Source: Polynucleobacter necessarius (GTDB taxonomy: Bacteria > Pseudomonadota > Gammaproteobacteria > Burkholderiales > Burkholderiaceae). From it: 32,000 nt of DNA. The position numbers were made by a program, and so were the translations under genes. The stretch lies in NCBI RefSeq assembly GCF_900095195.1, contig NZ_LT606950.1, positions 1-32,000 on the forward strand, in the 5' to 3' direction. Every line of letters begins with the position of its first letter. Position 1 is the first letter of the stretch. The notes under the pieces are model-generated. The model was not told where the DNA came from. It did no database searches and saw only the letters and a list, made by a program, of their open reading frames with translations. This document shows positions 10,000-20,935 of this stretch, piece by piece.

Positions 10000-11337
10000 A
10001 TGGCATTAGCACCTACCAATAGCGCAAGCACTGCAACAGCAGGAGGCAAGTTTGGCGATCTTCGTCGCCGCTTGGTTTTCCTGGTGTTGGCGTTGCTCGT
10101 CTATCGTTTGGGTGCCCACATTCCAGTTCCTGGCATTGATCCAGACCAATTAGTGCAATTGTTTGCTGGTCAAAAAGACGGCATCCTGGGAATGTTCAAT
10201 TTGTTCTCTGGCAGTGCTTTATCGCGCTTTACGGTTTTTGCTTTGGGAATCATGCCGTATATTTCTGCATCGATCATCATGCAGTTGATGATGATCGTTG
10301 TTCCTTCTTTGGAATCTTTGAAAAAAGAAGGTCAAGCAGGTCAACGCAAGATTACTCAATATACCCGTTACGGTACTGTGTTCTTGGCGACCTTCCAAGC
10401 GCTCGGAATTTCTGTTGCATTGCAGGTTCAACCTGGCTTGGTAATTAACCCAGGCTTGATGTTCGAATTGAATACTGTTGTAACGTTGGTTACAGGTACG
10501 ATGTTCTTGATGTGGCTTGGTGAGCAGATTACTGAGCGTGGCTTGGGCAACGGTATCTCCATCATTATTTTTGGCGGCATTGTGTCTGGCTTGCCTAATG
10601 CATTGGCTAGTCTTTTAGAGCTGGTTCGTACCGGTTCGATGAATATTATTTCTGCTCTATTGATCGTGGTGATCGTTGTGGCAGTGACCTATTTTGTGGT
10701 CTTTGTAGAGCGTGGTCAGCGCCGTATTTTGGTGAACTACGCCAAGCGTCAAGTTGGCAACAAGATTTATGGCGGGCAATCTTCATACTTCCCATTGAAG
10801 TTGAATATGGCGGGCGTTATTCCTCCCATTTTTGCTTCCTCGATTATTTTGTTTCCGGCAACGATAGCTGGCTGGTTTACCTCGGGTGAGCCAATCAACA
10901 TGTTTGCCAGAATCATTAAAGATCTGGCTGCAACACTGGCTCCTGGCCAACCGGTTTACACCATTTTGTATGCAGTCGCGATTATTTTCTTCTGTTTCTT
11001 CTATACCGCTTTGGTATTTAACAGCCGTGAAACTGCTGAGAATTTGAAGAAGAGCGGCGCGTTTGTTCCCGGTATTCGTCCCGGCGATCAAACGGCGCGC
11101 TACATCGACAAGATTTTGGTACGCCTGGTCTTGGCCGGTGCAATTTATATGGTTCTGGTTTGCTTGTTGCCAGAATTCTTGGTGTTGAAGTACAACGTGC
11201 CGTTCTATTTCGGTGGTACTTCATTGTTGATTATTGTGGTTGTTGCAATGGATTTCATGGCTCAAGTTCAGTCATTTGTCATGCAGCAGCAGTACGGCTC
11301 TCTGATGAAAAAAGCCAACTTTAAGATGGGCGCTTAA
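10000..11337 (+). CDS. secY: Protein translocase subunit SecY
   Basis: [31 protein letters not shown]...[16 protein letters not shown] is the SecY signature, with 10 hydrophobic segments. I prefer ATG 10000 (MALAPTN...) over the track's TTG at 9988. Confidence 0.96.
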   Translation: MALAPTNSASTATAGGKFGDLRRRLVFLVLALLVYRLGAHIPVPGIDPDQLVQLFAGQKDGILGMFNLFSGSALSRFTVFALGIMPYISASIIMQLMMIVVPSLESLKKEGQAGQRKITQYTRYGTVFLATFQALGISVALQVQPGLVINPGLMFELNTVVTLVTGTMFLMWLGEQITERGLGNGISIIIFGGIVSGLPNALASLLELVRTGSMNIISALLIVVIVVAVTYFVVFVERGQRRILVNYAKRQVGNKIYGGQSSYFPLKLNMAGVIPPIFASSIILFPATIAGWFTSGEPINMFARIIKDLAATLAPGQPVYTILYAVAIIFFCFFYTALVFNSRETAENLKKSGAFVPGIRPGDQTARYIDKILVRLVLAGAIYMVLVCLLPEFLVLKYNVPFYFGGTSLLIIVVVAMDFMAQVQSFVMQQQYGSLMKKANFKMGA

Positions 11338-11341
11338 CTGA

Positions 11342-11560
11342 ATGTCTAAAGATGATGTAATTCAGATGGCGGGAGAAGTTGTAGAGAATTTGCCGAACGC
11401 GATGTTTCGCGTGAAGCTAGAAAACGGACATGTAGTTCTTGGGCACATTTCCGGCAAAATACGGATGCGCTACATCCGTATTTTGCCGGGAGATAAGGTG
11501 ACGGTGGAGATGACTCCTTACGACCTGACGCGCGCCAGAATTATTTTCCGTGCGAAGTAA
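11342..11560 (+). CDS. infA: Translation initiation factor IF-1
   Basis: [53 protein letters not shown] is canonical IF-1. Confidence 0.97.
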   Translation: MSKDDVIQMAGEVVENLPNAMFRVKLENGHVVLGHISGKIRMRYIRILPGDKVTVEMTPYDLTRARIIFRAK

Positions 11561-11593
11561 AGATTAGTAGTACCTATTTTTAAGGGGTGAGTT

Positions 11594-11710
11594 ATGAAAG
11601 TTTTAGCATCCGTTAAGTGTATTTGCAGAAATTGCAAGATCATTAAGCGCAAACGCGTTGTGCGCGTGATCTGTTCTTCAGACGCACGTCATAAGCAGCG
11701 TCAAGGCTGA
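11594..11710 (+). CDS. rpmJ: 50S ribosomal protein L36 (zinc-ribbon type)
   Basis: My own translation is [38 protein letters not shown] (38 aa), with SD GGGGTGA upstream. It is below the track's length cutoff. The CxxC...C...H pattern and the position between infA and rpsM are canonical. Confidence 0.93.
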   Translation: MKVLASVKCICRNCKIIKRKRVVRVICSSDARHKQRQG

Positions 11711-11734
11711 TCTGGTTAATTAAGAGGAAATCTC

Positions 11735-12100
11735 ATGGCACGTATCGCTGGGGTAAACATCCCAAATCATCAACATACTGTTATCGGTTTAACAGCAATT
11801 TTTGGCATTGGCACAAATCGTGCACGTCAAATTTGCAAAACCACAGGTATTGTAATTGACAAAAAAGTTAAAGATCTTACTGACGCTGACTTAAAAAAGT
11901 TACGTGATGAAGTAGGTAAGTTCATCACCGAGGGTGATCTTCGTCGTGAAGTAACTATGAGCATCAAGCGTTTGATGGACTTGGGTTGCTACCGTGGCGT
12001 TCGTCATTGTAAGGGCTTGCCAGTACGTGGTCAACGTACTAAGACCAATGCGCGTACTCGTAAGGGTCCACGTAAGTCCGGTACCGCACTGAAGAAATAA
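11735..12100 (+). CDS. rpsM: 30S ribosomal protein S13
   Basis: [26 protein letters not shown]...[18 protein letters not shown] is the uS13 signature. Confidence 0.97.
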   Translation: MARIAGVNIPNHQHTVIGLTAIFGIGTNRARQICKTTGIVIDKKVKDLTDADLKKLRDEVGKFITEGDLRREVTMSIKRLMDLGCYRGVRHCKGLPVRGQRTKTNARTRKGPRKSGTALKK

Positions 12101-12118
12101 TCAAGAAAGTTTATTGAC

Positions 12119-12526
12119 ATGGCACAACAAAAATCCGCTGCAGCTGCTTCACAGCGCGCTCGTAAGAAAGTTAAAAAGAACGTTGCTGACGGCATTGCAC
12201 ACGTTCACGCTTCTTTTAATAACACCATCATTACGATCACTGATCGTCAAGGAAATGCGCTTTCATGGGCAACTTCTGGCGGTCAAGGCTTCAAAGGCTC
12301 ACGTAAATCAACACCTTTTGCTGCTCAGGTAGCTGCAGAAGTTGCTGGCAAAGTAGCTATTGAATGCGGTATCAAGAACTTGGAAGTTCAGATCAATGGC
12401 CCAGGTCCTGGTCGTGAATCAGCGGTTCGCGCATTGAACTCATTGGGCATCAAGATCACTGAGATTCAAGACGTAACTCCAGTTCCTCACAACGGTTGCC
12501 GTCCTCCTAAGCGTCGTCGTATCTAA
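12119..12526 (+). CDS. rpsK: 30S ribosomal protein S11
   Basis: [30 protein letters not shown]...[16 protein letters not shown] is the uS11 signature. Confidence 0.97.
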   Translation: MAQQKSAAAASQRARKKVKKNVADGIAHVHASFNNTIITITDRQGNALSWATSGGQGFKGSRKSTPFAAQVAAEVAGKVAIECGIKNLEVQINGPGPGRESAVRALNSLGIKITEIQDVTPVPHNGCRPPKRRRI

Positions 12527-12605
12527 GTTTAGGAAGTTGGTAGGAAAAGTTTTTAGTCGTTTTTTATTAAAGCCCACTGTTCGTCTGATTTAAAGGGCGA
12601 ACTCA

Positions 12606-12626
12606 CCGCCGGTCGAAAGACTGCGG
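12606..12626 (+). promoter_or_regulatory. GNRA-tetraloop hairpin just upstream of the rpsD start (candidate S4 leader element)
   Basis: CCG(C)CGGTC-GAAA-GACTGCGG forms 8 bp, including one G:U pair and one bulged C. It lies 18 nt upstream of the GTG start, within a 118-nt rpsK-rpsD spacer. Confidence 0.3.
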
Positions 12627-12644
12627 CAAAGAAAGGAAAACATC

Positions 12645-13268
12645 GTGGCACGTTACTTAGGTCCTAAGGCCAAATTAGCACGTCGGGAAGGTACCGACTT
12701 ATTTTTAAAGAGCGCACGTCGCGCTCTGTCAGACAAGAGCAAGTTAGATACTAAGCCTGGTCAACATGGTCGTACATCTGGCTCAAGAATATCGGATTAC
12801 GGTAATCAGTTGCGTGAAAAGCAAAAGGTTAAGCGTATCTATGGCGTATTAGAGCGTCAATTCCGTCGCTACTTCGCTGAAGCAGAGCGTCGTAAAGGCA
12901 ATACTGGTGAAACATTGCTCCAGTTGTTAGAGTCACGTCTCGATAACGTGGTCTATCGCATGGGCTTTGGTTCTACCCGCGCAGAAGCACGTCAATTAGT
13001 TTCTCACGGCGCAATTATGCTTAACGGCAACGCGGTAAACATCCCGTCTATTCAAGTTAAGCCGGGCGACGTTGTTGCTATTCGTGAAAAAGCGAAGAAG
13101 CAAGCGCGTATTACCGAATCACTTAATTTGGTTCAGCAAATGTCTGCAGCTACCTGGGTATCAGTTGACGCAACTAAGCTGGAAGGAACATTCAAGCAAG
13201 TGCCAGACCGCGAAGATATCAGCGGTGAAATTAATGAAAGTTTGATCGTCGAATTGTATTCACGCTAA
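12645..13268 (+). CDS. rpsD: 30S ribosomal protein S4
   Basis: GTG start. [23 protein letters not shown]...[14 protein letters not shown] is the uS4 signature. Confidence 0.97.
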   Translation: MARYLGPKAKLARREGTDLFLKSARRALSDKSKLDTKPGQHGRTSGSRISDYGNQLREKQKVKRIYGVLERQFRRYFAEAERRKGNTGETLLQLLESRLDNVVYRMGFGSTRAEARQLVSHGAIMLNGNAVNIPSIQVKPGDVVAIREKAKKQARITESLNLVQQMSAATWVSVDATKLEGTFKQVPDREDISGEINESLIVELYSR

Positions 13269-13292
13269 TTTAGGCACTCTCAAGGAAAAAAT

Positions 13293-14273
13293 ATGCAAAC
13301 AAATTTGCTCAAGCCAAAGATTATTTCTGTTGAAGCGCTTACTGCCAACCAAGCTAAGGTTGTTATGGAGCCGTTCGAGCGTGGCTATGGTCACACCCTC
13401 GGAAATGCATTACGTCGCGTACTCTTGTCTTCAATGGTTGGCTATGCCCCAACTGAAGTAGCGATTGCAGGTGTAGTACATGAATATTCCACTTTGAATG
13501 GCGTTCAAGAGGATGTTGTTAATCTCTTGTTGAACCTCAAAGGCATCGTATTTAAATTGCAGTCTCGTGATGAAGTTACCATCAATTTGTGTAAAGAGGG
13601 CCCAGGCGTCGTTACTGCAAAAGATATTGATTTGCCACACGATGTTGAAATCGTCAATCCTGACCATGTGATTGCTCACTTGTCTGCTGGTGGTAAGTTG
13701 GATATGCAGATTAAGGTCGAAAAAGGTCGTGGCTATGTTCCTGGTAACGTACGCCAATACAACGACGAAACCTCTAAGATCATCGGCCGTATCGTATTAG
13801 ATGCATCGTTTAGCCCGGTTAGCCGTGTTAGCTATGCTGTTGAGTCTGCTCGTGTTGAGCAGCGTACCGACCTCGACCGTCTCGTTATGACGATTGAAAC
13901 CAATGGTGTGTTGTCTCCTGAAGAAGCAATTCGTCAAGCTGCAAGCATCTTGGTTGACCAATTGGTGGTATTCGCAGCTCTTGAGAGCAGCGAAGTTTCT
14001 GGCGATCTTGCACCAAGCCGCTCTTCAATGGTTGATCCAATGTTGATGCGTCCGGTGAATGATCTTGAGCTCACAATTCGCTCTGCAAACTGCTTGAAGG
14101 CTGAGAACATTTACTACATCGGTGATTTGATCCAACGTACAGAGAATGAATTGTTGAAGACGCCCAATTTGGGCCGTAAGTCCTTGAATGAAATCAAAGA
14201 CGTATTGGCTGCTCGTGGCTTAAGTCTCGGCATGAAACTCGAAAGCTGGCCTCCAGCAAATCTCGAGAAATAA
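13293..14273 (+). CDS. rpoA: DNA-directed RNA polymerase subunit alpha
   Basis: [24 protein letters not shown]... (NTD) and [23 protein letters not shown] (CTD helix-hairpin-helix). Confidence 0.98.
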   Translation: MQTNLLKPKIISVEALTANQAKVVMEPFERGYGHTLGNALRRVLLSSMVGYAPTEVAIAGVVHEYSTLNGVQEDVVNLLLNLKGIVFKLQSRDEVTINLCKEGPGVVTAKDIDLPHDVEIVNPDHVIAHLSAGGKLDMQIKVEKGRGYVPGNVRQYNDETSKIIGRIVLDASFSPVSRVSYAVESARVEQRTDLDRLVMTIETNGVLSPEEAIRQAASILVDQLVVFAALESSEVSGDLAPSRSSMVDPMLMRPVNDLELTIRSANCLKAENIYYIGDLIQRTENELLKTPNLGRKSLNEIKDVLAARGLSLGMKLESWPPANLEK

Positions 14274-14289
14274 TTAGAAAGGAAGCATC

Positions 14290-14685
14290 ATGCGTCACGG
14301 AAACGGCTTACGCAAACTAAATAGAACCTCTTCACATCGCTTGGCGATGTTACGCAATATGTCCAATTCTCTTTTGGAGCATGAAGTGATTAAAACCACT
14401 GTGCCAAAAGCAAAAGAATTGCGTATGGTTGTTGAGCCTTTGATTACCTTGGGTAAGAAAGACAATTTGGCAAACCGTCGCTTAGCGTTTAATCGCACCC
14501 GCGATCGCAATATCGTGACTAAGCTCTTCACAGAACTTGGCCCACGCTACGCAACCCGTCCAGGTGGCTACCTTCGTATTTTGAAGTTTGGCTTCCGTCA
14601 CGGCGATAACGCCCCAATGGCATTGGTTGAGCTGGTTGATCGCCCAGAAGTCGAAGAAACGGCAGCTGTAGCTGAAGAGGCTTAA
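14290..14685 (+). CDS. rplQ: 50S ribosomal protein L17
   Basis: [37 protein letters not shown] is the bL17 N-terminus. Last gene of the alpha operon. Confidence 0.97.
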   Translation: MRHGNGLRKLNRTSSHRLAMLRNMSNSLLEHEVIKTTVPKAKELRMVVEPLITLGKKDNLANRRLAFNRTRDRNIVTKLFTELGPRYATRPGGYLRILKFGFRHGDNAPMALVELVDRPEVEETAAVAEEA

Positions 14686-14706
14686 GCCTTAGTTTTGCGG
14701 TAAATT

Positions 14707-14736
14707 AAAAAGCCAGGTTTCGGTCTGGCTTTTTTC
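14707..14736 (+). terminator. Rho-independent terminator of the alpha operon
   Basis: AAAAAGCCAG-GTTTCGGT-CTGGCTTTTTTC: the stem is AGCCAG (14711-14716) with CTGGCT (14725-14730), flanked by an A-run and a T6 run, 22 nt after the rplQ stop. Confidence 0.8.
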
Positions 14737-14759
14737 ATTAATCAGTTTATAAATACGGA

Positions 14760-15107
14760 ATGTCCCAGACCACCCTACTTAACTCTAGTAAGCTTTTGGT
14801 GGTTGTTACGAGCCTTCCCGGCATGGAAGTTGCTAAGGGCTTGGCGCGCGCTCTGGTTGAGAAAAATTTGGCCGTTTGCGTGCAGTTAACGGAGGGTGTG
14901 CAATCCATTTATCGCTGGGATGGAAAGCTTTTCGAGGAGCAGGAAGTTCTGCTATCCGCAAAAACGTCAGCGAGCAAGTAGGCAGAAATATTGAGCTTTA
15001 TTCAACAGCATCATCCTTACGATCTTCCAGAGATTTTGGCTTTCTCACTTGAGCAATATTCGCAGCAGTATGGTGAGTGGATACAAGCTGAGGTAAGCAA
15101 AATATGA
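14760..15107 (+). pseudogene. cutA: Divalent-cation tolerance protein CutA, interrupted by an in-frame TAG at 14979-14981
   Basis: The track ORF 14760-14981 (73 aa) has a CutA-like N-terminus (VVVTSLPG...NLAVCVQL...SIYRWDGK). The same frame continues after the TAG as AEILSFIQQHHPYDLPEILAFSLEQYSQQYGEWIQAEVSKI, which carries the CutA HPY-x-x-PE motif. It ends at TGA 15105-15107, overlapping the dsbD ATG. Confidence 0.85.
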
Positions 15108-16795
15108 AAGTCCAATCAGTTTGGAAATGGCTTATTGCGCTAGTGGTACTTTTCTCTGCTCAGTTTGTTGCTGCAACGGATTTTTTGCCTCCAGAAAAAG
15201 CATTCAGGGCTGGGGCAACTTGGTTGGAAAACTCCAATCAAGTTGAGCTAGAGTTTATGCCTGCTAAAGGCTACTACATTTATCAAGAATCACTTCAATT
15301 TCAGGCAGGTTCTGGACCCGATAAGCTATATAAAATAAGGCCTGCGCTGCAATTTGGGGTCGAAAAGTTCGATGACACTTTTCAGAAAAAAATGCAGGTC
15401 TATAAGCAGCCATTCATGGTGTTGCTAGATGTTAAGCCGATAGCCGGAAAACCCATTTATATCGAAACTACGCTGCAGGGTTGTGCGGAGGCTGGGATCT
15501 GTTATCCGCCCATGACGTTAAGATTTCTACTAGCTGCGCCGGGGGTAAAAGCGGCACCCACTCCAGATATTTTAGAGGGCGTATCAGGGCAGTTATCAAG
15601 TCAAGGCTCAGAGCCCTCTTTTGATTTGGCCGATTTATGGCGAGAGCGCGATGATGTGGGCGCCATTAACCGTTTTTTACAAAACACTACTACAGCGTAT
15701 TTATTTCTTGCCTTCTTTGTTTTAGGGCTGGCCTTAGCGTTTACGCCATGTGTCTTGCCGATGTTGCCGATTCTTTCAAGCGCGATTTTCGGAATTTTCG
15801 GAACGGAGGATGGCAAGCCGATTTCCAAAGGACGCGCAAGCGCTCTAGCAGTTGCTTATGTTTTGGGTATGGCTTTGGTTTACGCTATTGCTGGCGTCCT
15901 CATGGCGGCTCTTGGCGGTAGCGTTCAAAGAGTGCTGCAAAGCCCGGTTGCTTTGGTCGTATTTGCAGTGCTACTTCTAGCCTTGTCGGGCAGCCTATTT
16001 GGTCTTTACGACCTGCGCTTACCCCAAGCCTGGCATCAGCATATTGATCGACTGGCAGGGCGACAAAAAGGGGGTAGCGTCTTTGGTGCCTTTGCCTTAG
16101 GCGGCATCTCTACCCTAGTAGCCAGCCCTTGTATTACCGCTCCTTTAGCGGGCGTTTTGGCGTTTATCACCCAAGCGGGTTCCCTAGCTTTGGGCGCGGG
16201 ACTACTCTTTGTGATGGCCTTGGGAATGGGCCTGCCACTACTCCTCATCGCAATAGAAGCGCGCATTTTGATCCCATCGACTGGTATTTGGATGGTTTGG
16301 TTACAGCGAACCTTGGGGGTCTTATTGGTTGCAACGGCTATTTGGATTGCCTCACCATTGGTTCAAAAAAATGATTCCGCAACCACCCTAAAAATGATTG
16401 ATGGCCAAAGCATTCATCAGGTTGGCGAGTTAACGTTTGTTGTTATTCACTCACCCACAGAATTGGATGTGCAACTTCAAAAAGCAAAGAAAGAGCAAAA
16501 ATTGGTATTACTCGATTTCTATGCCGACTGGTGCATCTCCTGCAAAGAAATGGAGGTCAACACTTTTGCAAACTCTGCGGTGAGCAATGAGCTGAAACAG
16601 CTTGTTCTATTGAAGGCTGATGTGACTCGAAATAGCCCAGAAAACCAGGCATTGCTTAGACACTTTGATTTATATGGACCACCAGGGATTTTGATTTTTA
16701 ATCAACGCTCGGAAGAATTAAAAGAGCAGCGCGTAATCGGCTACATGCCGCCCCAGCGTTTTGTAGAGCGACTGCGAAATATGCTAAAAAATTAA
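15104..16795 (+). CDS. dsbD: Thiol:disulfide interchange protein DsbD
   Basis: Signal peptide, N-terminal domain with GCAEAGICYPP, a membrane core with TPCVLPMLP and SPCITAP cysteines, and a C-terminal thioredoxin fold with WCISCK. The cutA-dsbD adjacency matches E. coli. Confidence 0.93.
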   Translation: MKVQSVWKWLIALVVLFSAQFVAATDFLPPEKAFRAGATWLENSNQVELEFMPAKGYYIYQESLQFQAGSGPDKLYKIRPALQFGVEKFDDTFQKKMQVYKQPFMVLLDVKPIAGKPIYIETTLQGCAEAGICYPPMTLRFLLAAPGVKAAPTPDILEGVSGQLSSQGSEPSFDLADLWRERDDVGAINRFLQNTTTAYLFLAFFVLGLALAFTPCVLPMLPILSSAIFGIFGTEDGKPISKGRASALAVAYVLGMALVYAIAGVLMAALGGSVQRVLQSPVALVVFAVLLLALSGSLFGLYDLRLPQAWHQHIDRLAGRQKGGSVFGAFALGGISTLVASPCITAPLAGVLAFITQAGSLALGAGLLFVMALGMGLPLLLIAIEARILIPSTGIWMVWLQRTLGVLLVATAIWIASPLVQKNDSATTLKMIDGQSIHQVGELTFVVIHSPTELDVQLQKAKKEQKLVLLDFYADWCISCKEMEVNTFANSAVSNELKQLVLLKADVTRNSPENQALLRHFDLYGPPGILIFNQRSEELKEQRVIGYMPPQRFVERLRNMLKN

Positions 16796-16808
16796 ATCCT
16801 TTCAAGGA

Positions 16809-18477
<1,669 letters not shown>

Positions 18478-18591
18478 GTCGAGAAGCTATTGTAAAATCA
18501 CGCAAAATCATGAAATATCTCATGGGGTTGGGTAAAAGGTTGCAAATGTAGGGCCCAAACACTTTTAGGAATTTTTGCCAAGGTAAACATA

Positions 18592-19314
18592 ATGCGTCAA
18601 ACCTCCAAAATCTCCAAATTCACTAGCTTGCGTGCTGGTTTTGCAGCCCTATCCATTTTCGCCTTGATTGGCGTATCTGGGGTAGTCTTGGCGGCAGATG
18701 CTGCACCAATGACAGCAGAGGCTAAAGAAGCCGTTTCAGGCAAGCCAAAAGTTGATCCAGCTGCTGGTGGTGAGGCCCTTTACTCTAATGGCGATGCAAA
18801 GCGCGGCGTAATCGCCTGTTTAACTTGCCACGGCCCAAAAGGCCAAAGCGCAACGGGCACATGGCCTAAGTTGTCGGCTCAGCATGCTGCTTACACAACG
18901 AAGCAATTGAAAAACTTTAAGGATGGCACTCGTGCTAACCCAGTCATGATGGGCATGGCCGCAACATTGACAGAGCAAGATATGCAAAACATTTCTGCAT
19001 TCTTGGCTAAGCAACCGATATCACAAGGTGTAGCGGTTAATAGGGACACTATTGAATTAGGACAGAGCATTTACCGTGGCGGTATTGCTGCAAAAGGCGT
19101 TCCTGCTTGCGCCGCTTGCCACAGCCCAACCGGCGCCGGTATCCCAGCGCAGTACCCGCTTTTGGGTGGCCAGTGGGCTGAATATACCAATGCGCAGTTA
19201 TTAGCATTCCGCGATGGCGTTCGTAAGAATAGTAGCCAAATGACAACGATCGTTTCCAAGCTTTCTGATTTAGAAATGAAAGCTGTTGCAGATTACATCG
19301 CTGGTTTGCATTAA
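18592..19314 (+). CDS. Dihaem cytochrome c4 family protein (periplasmic)
   Basis: N-terminal signal peptide (ALSIFALIGVSGVVLAADA) and two CxxCH haem sites (CLTCHG, CAACHS), each followed by a Met-containing distal segment. Confidence 0.88.
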   Translation: MRQTSKISKFTSLRAGFAALSIFALIGVSGVVLAADAAPMTAEAKEAVSGKPKVDPAAGGEALYSNGDAKRGVIACLTCHGPKGQSATGTWPKLSAQHAAYTTKQLKNFKDGTRANPVMMGMAATLTEQDMQNISAFLAKQPISQGVAVNRDTIELGQSIYRGGIAAKGVPACAACHSPTGAGIPAQYPLLGGQWAEYTNAQLLAFRDGVRKNSSQMTTIVSKLSDLEMKAVADYIAGLH

Positions 19315-19336
19315 ATAATTTTTAAAGTAATAAACC

Positions 19337-19365
19337 AAAACCCCGCTCATGTAGCGGGGTTTTTG
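19337..19365. terminator. Bidirectional Rho-independent terminator between cytochrome c4 (+) and lysA (-)
   Basis: AAAACCCCGCT-CATGT-AGCGGGGTTTTTG: a 7-bp GC-rich stem (19341-19347/19353-19359), with an A-run on one side and a T-run on the other, so it works on either strand. Confidence 0.8.
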
Positions 19366-19404
19366 TTGTCCATTGCTCGCAGTGAAAATGCTAAGAAAGT
19401 TTTC

Positions 19405-20703
19405 TTACTTTGGTAAAACACTTTCGCTAGCAAACAGATCATTCGTTTTCTCTCGAGCGCAAATGACGAAAGCATTTTGTCCATCAACCATAATCTCCGC
19501 AGGCTTTGGGCGAGTGTTGTAATTGGATGCCATGACAAATCCGTAGGCTCCAACAGAGAGAATAGCGAGAAGATCGCCTTCGTCAACGGCAAGCTGACGG
19601 TCTCTACCAAGCCAATCGCCGGATTCGCAAACGGGGCCAACAACATCGTAAGTAACCGATTTGGCATGTTTAGCCTGAACCGGAACAATGCCGTGATGCG
19701 CTTCATATAGAGCGGGGCGCATGAGCTCTGTCATAGCCGCGTCCACTATGCAAAAGTTTTTTTCAACGCCGGGCTTGAGATATTCCACGGTTGTTAGAAG
19801 CACGCTAGCGTTACCGACCAGAGATCTGCCTGGTTCTAGCACCACATCTAAATGGGCGAAACCACGCTCTGCGACATGATTTAACAGAGTGTTCGTGAAT
19901 TCAGTGATACCGGGCGGGGTTTCATCGCTGTAAGAAATTCCAAGGCCACCCCCAAGATTAAGATGGTGAATGATGATGCCTTCCCGTTTGAGATGTTCAA
20001 CCAAATCCAGTACTTTATCGAGAGCATCTAAGTACGGTGCAGTCGTTGTGATTTGTGAGCCAATATGACAATCGATACCAACCACATCAATTTGAGAAAG
20101 TTGGGAAGCCTCTCGATACGTTTTTAGAACCTCGTGATAAGCAATCCCAAATTTATTTCCCTTTAAGCCTGTAGAAATGTGCGGATGCGTTTTTGCATCG
20201 ACATCAGGATTAACTCGTAATGAAATGGGGGCGCGAAGATTGAGCTCGCTAGCAACGCGAATAATTTTATGAAGCTCAGCAATGGACTCAACATTGATGC
20301 ATTTAACGCCGACTTTTAAAGCCGTTGCAATTTCAGCGGCAGATTTGCCAACACCAGCAAAGACTAGGCTTTTCGGGTCAGCACCGACAGCCAATGCCCT
20401 TGCTAGCTCACCACCACTGACTAAATCAAAGCCTGCACCCAGTTGCTTAAAACAATCAATCACTGCCAAATTACTATTGGCTTTCATGGCGTAATGAATA
20501 CGGGCACGACGCTTACCGTTGGAATCGATGCACGCTTTGTCATACGCTCGGTAAGCCTCAGTTAATGCTTTTTTGCTATACACATAGAGTGGCGTACCAA
20601 ATTCTTTTGCTAAATCTGCCAATGGAATTTCTTCGGCATACCAATTGCCATTACGCTCGGTAAATCCTGATAATTTGGGAAGAGGAATTGCTTTGCTTGT
20701 CAT
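19405..20703 (-). CDS. lysA: Diaminopimelate decarboxylase
   Basis: HYAMKANSN (PLP-lysine motif), GGGLGISY, CESGD and EPGRSLVG are typical LysA/ODC-fold motifs. Confidence 0.96.
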   Translation of the reverse strand: MTSKAIPLPKLSGFTERNGNWYAEEIPLADLAKEFGTPLYVYSKKALTEAYRAYDKACIDSNGKRRARIHYAMKANSNLAVIDCFKQLGAGFDLVSGGELARALAVGADPKSLVFAGVGKSAAEIATALKVGVKCINVESIAELHKIIRVASELNLRAPISLRVNPDVDAKTHPHISTGLKGNKFGIAYHEVLKTYREASQLSQIDVVGIDCHIGSQITTTAPYLDALDKVLDLVEHLKREGIIIHHLNLGGGLGISYSDETPPGITEFTNTLLNHVAERGFAHLDVVLEPGRSLVGNASVLLTTVEYLKPGVEKNFCIVDAAMTELMRPALYEAHHGIVPVQAKHAKSVTYDVVGPVCESGDWLGRDRQLAVDEGDLLAILSVGAYGFVMASNYNTRPKPAEIMVDGQNAFVICAREKTNDLFASESVLPK

Positions 20704-20888
20704 TGCTGGGCCGACGGAGAAGTGCTGGTGGTAGCGGGTGGTGGATAGAGTTTGCCTTTTGGCTCAGGCTCGGTTGGAGCAGGTGGAATAGGCGGTACAT
20801 TTGGTAGATAAAGAGGACCCCTAACCCCGCATCCCACAAGGGATATTAGGAGGCTAATGCCGAGGGCTCGATGAAGAATCGCTATCAT
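20700..20888 (-). CDS. lptM: Small lipoprotein LptM (YifL family)
   Basis: MIAILHRALGISLLISLVGC has lipobox LVGC, followed by GVRGPLYLP (the family CG-x-KGPLY-x-P motif) and a Pro-rich tail. Its stop overlaps the lysA ATG (ATGA). The track's 81-aa version starts upstream at 20945, but the signal peptide fits the internal Met. Confidence 0.8.
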   Translation of the reverse strand: MIAILHRALGISLLISLVGCGVRGPLYLPNVPPIPPAPTEPEPKGKLYPPPATTSTSPSAQQ

Positions 20889-20935
20889 GAATATCTCTAA
20901 AACGAATGATTGAATATAGCATGCAAGGCTCTGAG

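Noticed and set aside
525-14531. Roughly 30 antisense or alternate-frame ORFs of 60-120 aa inside r-protein genes, secY and rpoA. Examples: 525-779(-), 1262-1564(-), 1577-1927(-), 2577-2939(-), 2961-3299(-), 4501-4707(+), 6897-7148(+), 7566-7751(+), 8720-9019(-), 10783-11091(-), 12114-12332(+), 13431-13757(-).
   Set aside because: Each is embedded in a gene with an unmistakable conserved product on the other frame or strand. The translations are low-complexity (Thr/Cys/Ser/Arg-rich) with no recognisable family and no RBS context. These are classic shadow ORFs.
14979-14981. The TAG in cutA as programmed recoding (pyrrolysine or regulated stop-codon read-through).
   Set aside because: There is no pyl gene context or PYLIS-like structure, pyrrolysine is not known in Betaproteobacteria, and the aligned residue in CutA is an ordinary Gln as I recall it. 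A CAG-to-TAG point mutation or a base-call error is far more parsimonious.
18494-18524. Direct repeat AAAATCA (18494-18500, 18504-18510) and inverted repeat CATGA-N6-TCATG (18509-18524) in the divergent engB/cytochrome c4 promoter region, as a possible operator.
   Set aside because: The elements are 5-7 nt long in AT-rich DNA, and I recognise no regulator consensus; it is not FNR-like TTGAT-N4-ATCAA. They cannot be distinguished from chance without comparative data.
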